Virus record (IMG/VR): IMGVR_UViG_3300010413_000013
Coordinates: 1-64,000 of that record
From: a virus
Direction: 5' to 3' (one strand)
DNA length: 64,000 nt
Below are positions 19,860 to 28,837 of the stretch, piece by piece. How positions within the stretch are numbered: position 1 is the first letter of the stretch; every line of letters starts with the position of its first letter. The translations under genes were made by a program, and so were the position numbers. The notes beneath the pieces were generated by a model, which worked only from the letters and a program-made list of their open reading frames with translations, ran no database searches and was not told the origin of the DNA.

Positions 19860-21181
19860 TAGAATTAAATCCGATCTACTCTAGGTACACAGGGAAGAAA
19901 TCTGATATTTCTGCTTTACTTTCTTATGAAGAAGAAGCGTGGTATCAGGGACCGTTTAGTAAAGAAAGATATACTAAAAAAACATCTTTGCTAGATTCAA
20001 CTCATACTTTTCTTTCTGGTTATACAAAAAGGATTACAGATGTATATCCAAAAGTAGAAGTACAACCAATAGATTACAAAATAAAAACCAACAAACATCC
20101 TAAAGTAGCAAAATTTAAATTTAGACAATACCAGAAAAATGCTATAGCAGAACTACTCCAATATAATAGAGGTGTACTAACAGCAAAAACTGGAGCAGGG
20201 AAGACATTGATAATGGGTGGAATTATCAGTATGGTACAAACGAAAGTTTTGGTAATAGTTCCTACTAAAGATCTACTCCATCAAACAGCAGAAAAACTAT
20301 CAGATTATTTTCCTGATTATGCAATTGGTAAAGTGGGAGATAAAGAAGAAGTAATTACAGATATTACTGTTGGATTGATTAATAGTATCTACAAAAATAA
20401 AAAAGTATTAGAAGAAGGATGGGGGATGTTATTGATAGATGAAGCACATAGGGTATCTACATTCGATGGAATGTATGCTAAATTTTTACTATCTTGTAAT
20501 GCTCCTATCCGATATGGTTTTACAGCTACTATAGATCCAAAGGAACACAAAGCAGTAGTAATGGAAGGACTCATAGGACCACACGTTGTAGAAGCAAAAA
20601 AAGAAGAAGTAGATAAATATTTAGCCAAACCAAAAGTAGTATTAATAATGGACAGAACAGGTAGACAATATAAAACACTGAGAGGGAAGTATGTAGATAT
20701 CTATTTTGTTGGTATTGTACATAATAGATACAGAAATTCTTTAATAATAAAAGAAGCAAAGAGGTGGATAGATAAAGGATTGACAGTATTGATACTAGTA
20801 GATAAAATAGAACATGGAGAGAATCTACTAAAAATGGCAAATATCTTGATGCCTAATAAGTTTGTCTTCTTGCAAGGTACTACAAAATCTGAGATTAGGA
20901 GAGAAGAAAAAGAATATTTCTTAAAAAAGAAACGCAAGGGTGTAATAGCTACTAGAATTTGGGGGGAAGGTACTGATATCAAGACAATAGGAGTAGTAAT
21001 TAATGGAGTAGGTGGAGAGAGTGAGAAAGCAGCTATACAAAAATTTGGTAGAGGTATGAGAAAAGCTAAAGGAAAGGAAGAAGTAATATTAGTAGATATC
21101 ATAGATGCAGAGAGTCATAAATATTTTATGGAACACTCACTAAAAAGAGTATGCTACTACTCGGACCAAGGATGGATATAA
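19844..21181 (+). CDS. Superfamily 2 DEAH helicase (UvsW-like)
   Basis: TGAGKT, IDEAH, GFTAT, QKFGRGMR. Confidence 0.9.
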   Translation: MANKIIELNPIYSRYTGKKSDISALLSYEEEAWYQGPFSKERYTKKTSLLDSTHTFLSGYTKRITDVYPKVEVQPIDYKIKTNKHPKVAKFKFRQYQKNAIAELLQYNRGVLTAKTGAGKTLIMGGIISMVQTKVLVIVPTKDLLHQTAEKLSDYFPDYAIGKVGDKEEVITDITVGLINSIYKNKKVLEEGWGMLLIDEAHRVSTFDGMYAKFLLSCNAPIRYGFTATIDPKEHKAVVMEGLIGPHVVEAKKEEVDKYLAKPKVVLIMDRTGRQYKTLRGKYVDIYFVGIVHNRYRNSLIIKEAKRWIDKGLTVLILVDKIEHGENLLKMANILMPNKFVFLQGTTKSEIRREEKEYFLKKKRKGVIATRIWGEGTDIKTIGVVINGVGGESEKAAIQKFGRGMRKAKGKEEVILVDIIDAESHKYFMEHSLKRVCYYSDQGWI

Positions 21182-21212
21182 TGGCTAAAGAAGTAATTAT
21201 GGATGATGAAGA

Positions 21213-22142
21213 ATGAGTAATTTTGATATTAAAGAATATCTAGAGAATACTGGCATAGAATATTCTTCTGGAGGTAAAAATGTTTCTACTGGATGGATTG
21301 GTATTACTTGCCCATTTTGTGGTGATGTTAGCAATCACTGTGGTATTAATCTCTCCAATAATATTTTTAGTTGTTGGATTTGTGGAGAGTCAGGAGATGA
21401 AGTAAAACTTATAGCAGAGATAGAACAAATAACAGAATACGAAGTTAAGAAGAAAATTATACCACTGTACATAGATCCTTTTAAAACACCACCAAAGAAG
21501 AAGAGAAAAAGAATTGCTTTTGATGTTAAATTACCAGAGTACACTATTAAAGTAGATATAGATAATTTACCTAAAGCAATTATAGCTTGGTTGAAAAGAA
21601 GAAAATTTAGTAAGGATATACTAAAGAAGTATAATGCCTACTACTGTTTGCCCTATTCAAAACATCCTATGTGTCTTTTATTTCCTATTTATGAACATAA
21701 AGTAGTAGTTTCATACATTTTAGTAAACGTAGTTAAAAAGCAATATACTTTATGTCCTGATAGTAATTCTCTAATAAGCAGAAATAGTATCTTATATGGA
21801 ATAGATAAAGCAAAGAAATATACAAAAATTTATATAGTAGAAGGATTGACAGATAAATGGAGAATAGGAGATAAAGCAATCGCTATTTTAGGAAAACGTC
21901 TGTATAACAACCAAGCAAAAAAAATAGCTAAATTTGCAGTAGATAATAAAATAGAAGAAATAGTAATTTTCCTAGATAAAGATGCAAAAAGAGAAGCAGT
22001 AAGATCTTTGAAGAGAAATGCTGGAGCAGTATTACTACAATACCTACCACAACAAATAGAAGTATCTGCTATTTTGCTAGAAAATCAAGACTTAGAAGAC
22101 GATCCAGACCAAGTAGATCCAAAACTACTAACAAAACTATAA
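21213..22142 (+). CDS. DNA primase (Zn-binding + TOPRIM)
   Basis: CPFC...H...CWIC Zn motif; IVEGLTD; FLDKD. Confidence 0.85.
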   Translation: MSNFDIKEYLENTGIEYSSGGKNVSTGWIGITCPFCGDVSNHCGINLSNNIFSCWICGESGDEVKLIAEIEQITEYEVKKKIIPLYIDPFKTPPKKKRKRIAFDVKLPEYTIKVDIDNLPKAIIAWLKRRKFSKDILKKYNAYYCLPYSKHPMCLLFPIYEHKVVVSYILVNVVKKQYTLCPDSNSLISRNSILYGIDKAKKYTKIYIVEGLTDKWRIGDKAIAILGKRLYNNQAKKIAKFAVDNKIEEIVIFLDKDAKREAVRSLKRNAGAVLLQYLPQQIEVSAILLENQDLEDDPDQVDPKLLTKL

Positions 22143-22389
22143 TTTATATTTATTAGTAGACGTTAGTTTTAGGCCGTTTAATAGACATATAATTACATAT
22201 AATAGACACAAAATAAAACTATTAAATAAATCTACTAATAATTTCAGCTACTTAAAAAACCACTTTAAAGCGGTATTCCAACAAAAAAAATACAAAAAAA
22301 GATCATAAAAAATTTAACTATTATCTATAATAATATCAGCTATTTAGACAAGAAGGTGTTTGACAAGCAGATCTACCTATATTACATAA

Positions 22390-22832
22390 CAGTTGCCCGG
22401 TAAGGGTATAGGTTCTCTACATAAGCTTTCCGGAAAGCTAAAACACTTTCGCAGGTTTAATGGTAAATCCGGTATTACCCTCCTGCTGATATCTTTAAAA
22501 ATTTGGAATGATCTTGAAACAAGCAAGCTCCCTTTGCTGATAAAAGCTTGCCTGTTTTTCCTCTGGTAGACTTCTCCTAGTCTGCTATGTAAGTCTTCCT
22601 AAGTGGGGAAGCAATTCCGACTATATAACTCCAGAAGGTAGAAATATAGTAATTATTCTTTTCTGATAAATTGTACAAGGTGGAGACATAAGCGTGAACT
22701 TCATTCTTTGAGGTAGACAGTAAATTGATGGTAGAAGAAAAGAATAATGGTAAATGGTCCCACTTCCTATCATCAGTATGGGAAGTAAAGAAATGCTATG
22801 ATGTAATAATAGGTAGTAGTATTTCGGGACCA
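22390..22832 (+). ncRNA. Highly structured non-coding region (candidate ncRNA or early-transcript leader)
   Basis: At least 7 hairpins or long-range helices in about 440 nt with no plus-strand ORF; TTGACA at 22360 upstream. Confidence 0.45.
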
Positions 22833-22841
22833 AATAAGAGA

Positions 22842-23322
22842 TATTTTATCTTCTTATTTAAGGATAGTAGAGAAAGGTTAGGTTTATTATGAGAATCACT
22901 AATACTACATACGATCAATTGCAAGAAGCATTAGCAACAGTAAATGAAATGTTTGATAATAACATTACATTTAAAAACTGTACTGCTGCTAATACAAAAG
23001 AAACAATTTGGAATGTTTCACTTAGGGCTGTTGATAGTAGAAAAGCTGGTGCTAGAAGAAGTCCGGGTAGACTTGGTAGAAATGATAGAAGAAGTATTGC
23101 TGCTTGCTGGCATGTTCATGGATACTTCCATGATGCATTGCCAAAAAATGCTACTATTACTACTGGATACTATAATCACAGAACAAAGAAGCATCCCGGT
23201 GATCCTTGGGTAGAACAAAATATGCAAATAGGCTGGGGAACAATACGCCCAATGAGTGATTTGTGTGATTGTGAATAATTTTTATTTTTACTTCTACTAT
23301 CCTTAAACAAGAAGATAAGATA
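22842..23322. repeat. 30-bp inverted repeat pair (22842-22871 / 23293-23322) enclosing ORF 22889-23278
   Basis: TATTTTATCTTCTTATTTAAGGATAGTAGA vs TCTACTATCCTTAAACAAGAAGATAAGATA; 28/30 complementary, with one of the two differences a G-U wobble. Confidence 0.9.
22889..23278 (+). CDS. Hypothetical early protein
   Basis: 129 aa; AACWHVHGYF motif and C-terminal LCDC. Confidence 0.75.
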   Translation: MRITNTTYDQLQEALATVNEMFDNNITFKNCTAANTKETIWNVSLRAVDSRKAGARRSPGRLGRNDRRSIAACWHVHGYFHDALPKNATITTGYYNHRTKKHPGDPWVEQNMQIGWGTIRPMSDLCDCE

Positions 23323-23324
23323 GA

Positions 23325-23610
23325 TTTATTCTCTTATTAGTGGGGAAGAGAAAGAGTAGGTGTATTATGACAAACTTTGAAAAATATCCTTTCAAGGTAG
23401 GACAAGCAGTAATCTACAATTCTTCTTCCGATAATGAAGACCATTGTGCTTTAATCAAGAAGGTTATAGAAGAGAATCTTCTTGTAGAGGATTGTAAGCC
23501 AAGAGCATATTGGGAAAAAGAAGAAGATCTTCTTTTTTGGATTCATGTTTCTTCTGTTACCGCAGTAGCATGATAAACATTTTTTGCTTCCCCACTAATA
23601 AGAGAATAAA
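23325..23610. repeat. 24-bp perfect inverted repeat pair (23325-23348 / 23587-23610) enclosing ORF ~23367-23573
   Basis: TTTATTCTCTTATTAGTGGGGAAG / CTTCCCCACTAATAAGAGAATAAA. Confidence 0.9.
23367..23573 (+). CDS. Small SH3-like hypothetical protein
   Basis: MTNFEKYPFKVGQAV... beta-barrel-like pattern; AGGTG RBS. Confidence 0.6.
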   Translation: MTNFEKYPFKVGQAVIYNSSSDNEDHCALIKKVIEENLLVEDCKPRAYWEKEEDLLFWIHVSSVTAVA

Positions 23611-23631
23611 ATATAACCAAAGGAGGTATGT

Positions 23632-24037
23632 TATGAAACGTATTACAGTAGTATTTTTTAATAATGATAGAAAGTATGTGGGTTGGAAGTATATGCATAA
23701 TACTACCTATAGAGAAGTTAGAAATTGGTGCTTATCAGGAAACTTTGTAACTGTAGAAAAGAGAGTTTTTAATTTCGCTAACCATACAAAACTTCTAACA
23801 GGTATCTATAGAAGAATACTACAATAAAGGGAGGTAAAAATGCTTTGCAGTGATTATGATAAGAAAGAAGTAAATGAGGTTAGAAGAGAAGATAGCTATC
23901 ATCCTATGTATCATGCTCCACTAGCAAGGAAAATGCCTAGATTTTCAAGTAGAAAAGAAAGAAATGGTAGAGTACATATCTTCTCAAAAACAGAGATTAA
24001 ACAATATATAAAGGAGAAAAACAATGCCGAATTTTAA
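23632..24037 (+). CDS. Two small early hypothetical genes (about 23632-23827 and 23840-24037)
   Basis: AGGAGG/GGAGG RBSs before each ATG. Confidence 0.55.
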
Positions 24038-24198
24038 AATTGATTTTGATGTAACGATGGTAGTAAAAGCTGCTACCAAATTTGATGCTTATCAAAAAGC
24101 ATTTAAGATTCATTTAGGAGAATTAGAAAAAGAACTACATAAGGGAAATATAGAAGAGTGGGAAGCAACATTAGTTAAAACAATAAAGGAGGTATAAA

Positions 24199-24495
24199 AT
24201 GCCATGCTACCAAGTAAATTTAGTATCAGTAGAATTTAAGGTAGGTAATAGTCAAATTCTACTTGATATGCTGGAAAGAAAGCAAATGTCATATGTGAAA
24301 GATGGTAATACTATTTATATTACTGGTGGAATTAGAGTAAATCTGGAAAAACAAACAATAGTAGCAGGAAGTAATTACCAAGCTAATACTATTAAGAGAG
24401 GTTATGCAGAACAGGTATTGATGACAGTAGCAAAAAAGAAGAGGTGGGCATTTAAGAAAAAGAATGATGGTAAATACCAGATTAGGAGGTTTTAA
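24199..24495 (+). CDS. DUF1257/Ycf35-like protein
   Basis: ...LLDMLERK...IKRGYAEQVLMTVAKKKRW resembles the DUF1257 'YA...A...G' pattern; adjacent to a DUF2997-like gene and near an AAA gene. Confidence 0.5.
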   Translation: MPCYQVNLVSVEFKVGNSQILLDMLERKQMSYVKDGNTIYITGGIRVNLEKQTIVAGSNYQANTIKRGYAEQVLMTVAKKKRWAFKKKNDGKYQIRRF

Positions 24496-24496
24496 A

Positions 24497-24712
24497 ATGG
24501 CTAATACATTTGAAGTAGAAATATTAGAAGATGGAATGTTAAAAATAGATTCAGAAGCATTTTCAGAAAGTATGCATAAAAATGCTGACGATCTGCTAGA
24601 AGCAATAATAGAAGCAATGGGAGGTAGTGTTACCACTACAAAAAAAGAACACAATTTCTGGAAAAATAAAAATGTATTGAAGGGTGGAAAGATAGTAGAG
24701 GTGAAAAAATGA
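24497..24712 (+). CDS. DUF2997-like protein
   Basis: FEVEILEDGMLKIDSEAF...LEAIIEAMGG..TTTKKE resembles the DUF2997 pattern; AGGAGG RBS. Confidence 0.55.
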   Translation: MANTFEVEILEDGMLKIDSEAFSESMHKNADDLLEAIIEAMGGSVTTTKKEHNFWKNKNVLKGGKIVEVKK

Positions 24713-25169
24713 GAAAAATGCAACAGAAAAAGTATTTTAATAGAGGCTACAAGCCTACAGAAAACCGTGAAAGACACGAAGCAAAGCTGTTAGCTAATGA
24801 ATTGTATATGGCTCCATTTTATAGATACCTAAAAGCAGAGAAGAAAAACAATACTTTTAAAAGCAAGTTTCATAGAAAAGCCTATAACCATTTAACGAAG
24901 TCTATCCAAAGGTTGAATGAAATAGCAATGGAAGACTTTAGGTAGGAAGGTGTGTTATGTGTACTATTTTAAATGCTACCAATTGGGTATTGAGAGCAGA
25001 TCTCGAAAAGAGAAATGCCAGAAGAAATGGTACTTTTCAATTTTATTCAAAGAGATTTGTAGATAGAGAAATTTGGCAAGGTTCGGAAGGTGTCTTCCTT
25101 GCTAATAAGGTTATGACTTTCTCTAGGGTAATTATGCAAATGAAGAAATCATGTATTTATAGCAATTAA
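24709..25169 (+). CDS. Two small hypothetical genes (24709-24945, 24957-25169)
   Basis: Packed co-oriented ORFs. Confidence 0.5.
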
Positions 25170-25184
25170 AGGAGGGTAGAGAAA

Positions 25185-26645
25185 ATGAAAGAACTTGTAC
25201 TAGGTATAAAAGCAGGATTTAGTTTATTCTATTTAAATACCTATGAACCAAATGCTGCTATAGATGATGTAAAGAAAGAATTAGAAGAGTTAAAAGAAAA
25301 TGGCACAATATCAAATATCAAAGAGTGGGATTTTACAGAAAGTGGTGATCCTTCAGAAGTAATAGAAATGCTTTCTGGTGAAAATGCAGAAAATAGAATG
25401 GTGGTAATAGCAAAGAATCTGAATTGGTTTATGCAGGAAGAGGTGGAAGGTAGTAGAACTATTAATCAGTTTCTATTAAATAATATTGAGAAGTTTTCCA
25501 CTGCTGGTAATAGGAGATCATTAGTAGTAGTATCGGCAGATCCTATAGAGAAAGCTATTCCAGCTTGTCTAGTCCAGCATTTCAGATATATAGAATTTAA
25601 GCTACCTGATAGAGAAGAAATAAAAGAGTTATGGGAAGCATTTAAAGAAGATTATAAAGAAAATCCAAATTGGAAATTACCGGATGATGAAAAACTGGTA
25701 ATAGAGTATGCTAGAGGGTTGACTAGAACTGGAGTAGTAAATGCTTTCTCCCTTGCTACTATTAAAGGGAAGGGAAAGATAGATCCTTTAGAGATAGCTT
25801 ATTTAAGAGCAGAAGAAATTGAAAAAACACCGGGTGTGAAATTGGGGAAATTCGGAAAAAACTTCTCTTCTCTAAAAGGTTATGATGTAATCAAGAGATT
25901 TGTTAAAACTACTGGTAAATCTAAACTAGCTAAAGGTGTATTACTTCTTGGACCTCCGGGGGTAGGAAAGACACACTTTGCAGAATGTGTAGCTAATGAA
26001 CTTGGTTTACTTTGTATTATTGGTGAACTTGCGGAACTAATGGGAGAAGGTTTAGTAGGACAAGCAGAAGCAGCATATAAGAAATTTATTCAAGTAGTAG
26101 TTGCTAATGCTCCTTGTGTTCTGGTATTGGATGAAGTAGAAAAAGGACTTTCTGGAGTTAATAATAAAGGTACTAGTGGAGATTCTACTACTAAGAAATC
26201 TGCTTCTCAATTGTTGAAACTTATGTCTAATGAGGTGGAAAGAGAAGGTTTATACATTATGGGAACTTGCAATGAAAAAGATTCTCTACCTCCAGAATGG
26301 TTAAGAGCAGAAAGGTGGGATGGAGTATTTTATATTCCATTACCAAATAGTGCAGAACAGAAAGCTATTCTAGATCACTATATGAAAGAATATGATGTAA
26401 AAGGGAAAGCACCAAATATGAAAGGTTGGAGTGGAGCAGAAATCAAAACCTGTTGTAGACTTGCCAAAATGATGAATACTACTCTAGATGATGCTTCAAA
26501 GTTTGTTATTCCTATTAGTAAAACAAAGAAAGAAGAAATAGAAGCATTAGAAAAGTGGGCATTTGCTGGTAATTGTTTAATAGCAAGTACGCCAGAAGAT
26601 AAGAAAGAAATAAAAACAAGCAATAAAAGAGCAGTAGACTTTTAA
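25185..26645 (+). CDS. Ycf46-like AAA+ ATPase
   Basis: Degenerate N-terminal domain, then KGVLLLGPPGVGKT, LVLDEVEKGLSG, TCN...LPPEWLRAERWD, GWSGAEI and VIPISKT..EEIEAL..WA. Confidence 0.85.
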   Translation: MKELVLGIKAGFSLFYLNTYEPNAAIDDVKKELEELKENGTISNIKEWDFTESGDPSEVIEMLSGENAENRMVVIAKNLNWFMQEEVEGSRTINQFLLNNIEKFSTAGNRRSLVVVSADPIEKAIPACLVQHFRYIEFKLPDREEIKELWEAFKEDYKENPNWKLPDDEKLVIEYARGLTRTGVVNAFSLATIKGKGKIDPLEIAYLRAEEIEKTPGVKLGKFGKNFSSLKGYDVIKRFVKTTGKSKLAKGVLLLGPPGVGKTHFAECVANELGLLCIIGELAELMGEGLVGQAEAAYKKFIQVVVANAPCVLVLDEVEKGLSGVNNKGTSGDSTTKKSASQLLKLMSNEVEREGLYIMGTCNEKDSLPPEWLRAERWDGVFYIPLPNSAEQKAILDHYMKEYDVKGKAPNMKGWSGAEIKTCCRLAKMMNTTLDDASKFVIPISKTKKEEIEALEKWAFAGNCLIASTPEDKKEIKTSNKRAVDF

Positions 26646-26660
26646 TCAAAGGAGAAAAAA

Positions 26661-27038
26661 ATGAATGAACAGGAATTTAAAGAAAATTACAAATGTATGC
26701 AAATGAAAATATCGTATCCTAAACTTCAAGGTGATATTGATATTGAATTGCCTCTGTTTAGAAGAAGAGTAGAAAACACATTAGAAAAAGCTAATAAGAT
26801 GTTTGGAGAATTACAGCATGTTCTATTGATAGATATAACAGAGAATAATACTAATGTAGCAGTTGTGGTAATGAAACACATTGAAGATGAAAATGTAGAA
26901 CATTTTATGAAAATATTAGGTGGAGAAGTAATGGTTGAAGCTGCTAGATCTAATGGTAGAGATGAACTATCAACAACAGAACTAATACAAATTATGTCAG
27001 CAATGCAAAATGCTGAAGAAGAAAAGGAGCAAAAATGA
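26661..27038 (+). CDS. Hypothetical protein
   Basis: 125 aa, AAGGAG RBS. Confidence 0.65.
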   Translation: MNEQEFKENYKCMQMKISYPKLQGDIDIELPLFRRRVENTLEKANKMFGELQHVLLIDITENNTNVAVVVMKHIEDENVEHFMKILGGEVMVEAARSNGRDELSTTELIQIMSAMQNAEEEKEQK

Positions 27039-27907
27039 AAGTACAAAAAGTAAATACAGAAGGAATTTTTCTAAATGTCAAGATAAGAATGTGGGGAGCG
27101 AGTAGTAAAGTAGAGAAAGACAAGCTTGGCTCCCTTCCTTCCGATATCGTAAAAGCTACACAAGCACTAATTTTGGAAGAAGATAAAGAAAAGCTTGAAC
27201 AATTGGGAAAGATTAAAACAAAAGTCACTGTTACCTACCTTAATAGTGTTTCTTTTCCATTTCCTGTACTTGGATTTGTAATGGTTCCTAGAGAAAGAGT
27301 AATGGAAATTGATAGGTACTTGGAAGAAGTAAAAAAGGAATTTTTTGAAGTAGTAGATGGAATGGATATTGAAAAATACAAAGAAAACTTTAAAGCTAAA
27401 CACCCTAAGTATTATAAACCAAACAAGTATCCATCGCAAAAATATTTTAGATCCCATTTCGCTTTCGAGTGGAGTTTTAAAGATTTATCTCCTAGTGATT
27501 CTCTGAAGTCAATAGATCCAAAGCTGTACAAAGAAGAGCAGGATAAATTCAAAGAAGATATTAAACAAATGGAAGAAGATACAATAAATCTTATTTCTAA
27601 TGACATTCTAATGAGAGTAAACAATCTAAAAGATATGTGTTCTGGAAAGAAGAGAATAAGCCAACGAACCATTAATGGTCTGGAAAGTCTTCTTGAAAAG
27701 TGGGATATGTTATGGAAAGGTTTTATTAGTAATGATGCTTTAAAAGAAGCAATTGCAAAAATTAAAGAAAACATAGTAGACCTAAATGCAGATGATTTGA
27801 GGTTCGATAGAGCAGCAAAAAGACAAGTTAAAAAAGCAGTAACAGAAATTATTGATACTGTACAAACTGAAGTAGAGAATATTGGAAAACGTGATCTGGT
27901 ATTCTAA
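27035..27907 (+). CDS. DUF3150-like protein
   Basis: VKIRMWGAS...SFPF...MVP...KYPS...HFAFEW resembles the DUF3150 pattern. Confidence 0.55.
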   Translation: MKVQKVNTEGIFLNVKIRMWGASSKVEKDKLGSLPSDIVKATQALILEEDKEKLEQLGKIKTKVTVTYLNSVSFPFPVLGFVMVPRERVMEIDRYLEEVKKEFFEVVDGMDIEKYKENFKAKHPKYYKPNKYPSQKYFRSHFAFEWSFKDLSPSDSLKSIDPKLYKEEQDKFKEDIKQMEEDTINLISNDILMRVNNLKDMCSGKKRISQRTINGLESLLEKWDMLWKGFISNDALKEAIAKIKENIVDLNADDLRFDRAAKRQVKKAVTEIIDTVQTEVENIGKRDLVF

Positions 27908-27911
27908 ACAA

Positions 27912-27949
27912 AATACTCCCCATAGTGAGAAATTGCTATGGGGAGTATT
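27912..27949 (+). terminator. Strong hairpin after the AAA operon
   Basis: AATACTCCCCATAG...CTATGGGGAGTATT, 14-bp perfect stem. Confidence 0.7.
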
Positions 27950-28233
27950 GTTGTATGGAGAGAAGCATTTTTAATTATTAGTACGTTTAGCAAATCCGTC
28001 GTAGTAATTTCCCAAAATTTTTTAAATAGGAGATAGAAAAATGAAACCAAGAAATTTTCCAGCTAGAATCTATCAGAGAAGAGTAGAAGCAATAGAAAGA
28101 TTAGAGAAAGAGGATTATAAACAAGGAAATGAAAAAGCTATTACCAATACAAAAGCAAAGATTAAACACCAAACACTTTCAGAACAAAGATCTGTAAGAA
28201 CAAAAAAAGACAGAAGCTAGGAGGTAATTAAAT

Positions 28234-28755
28234 ATGGAAGCACCAATAACAAAAATGCGGTTATTACTGTTTGAAGACTGTAATAGAGGCTGTCCCGGTT
28301 GCTGTAACAAAGATTGGAATTTAAACACATTGCCAAAAGTAGAAGATGAAGACTTTAAACACTTTAAAGAATTTCTACTAACAGGAGGTGAACCATTATT
28401 AAAACCAGAAGTAGTAGTAGACACAATTTACAGAATAAGAAGAAATAATAAAGATGCAAAAATCTATGTCTACACTGCACAACTAGACATGCTTACTCCC
28501 TTCTACTATATTTGTAGAGTAGGAGTAGAAGGGTACACAGTGACCTTACACAACCAAAAAGATGTTGAACATTTCAATAATTTTCAACTTTGGTTTAATT
28601 TATGGTACAATGCAGAACGATACAGCATGAGAGTAAATGTGTTTAAAGGCATAGAATTACCGGAAATTATCTTCCCTTGGTGGAAAATAAAAAGAAATAT
28701 GGTATGGAGAAAAAACTGTCCATTACCAAATGGTGAAATTTTTATGCGACTTTGA
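28234..28755 (+). CDS. Short radical SAM-type Fe-S protein
   Basis: CNRGCPGC (CxxxCxxC) and LTGGEPLL motifs; 173 aa. Confidence 0.8.
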   Translation: MEAPITKMRLLLFEDCNRGCPGCCNKDWNLNTLPKVEDEDFKHFKEFLLTGGEPLLKPEVVVDTIYRIRRNNKDAKIYVYTAQLDMLTPFYYICRVGVEGYTVTLHNQKDVEHFNNFQLWFNLWYNAERYSMRVNVFKGIELPEIIFPWWKIKRNMVWRKNCPLPNGEIFMRL

Positions 28756-28779
28756 ACAAAAATGTGGTATAATATAAAC
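28752..28779 (+). promoter_or_regulatory. Second copy of the conserved extended -10 promoter
   Basis: TTGAACAAAAATGTGGTATAATATAAAC. Confidence 0.75.
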
Positions 28780-28837
28780 ATAGGGTTAGAAAGGATAGAT
28801 AGTAGAAGTCTACTATCCATTTATTAAAGGAGGCAAA

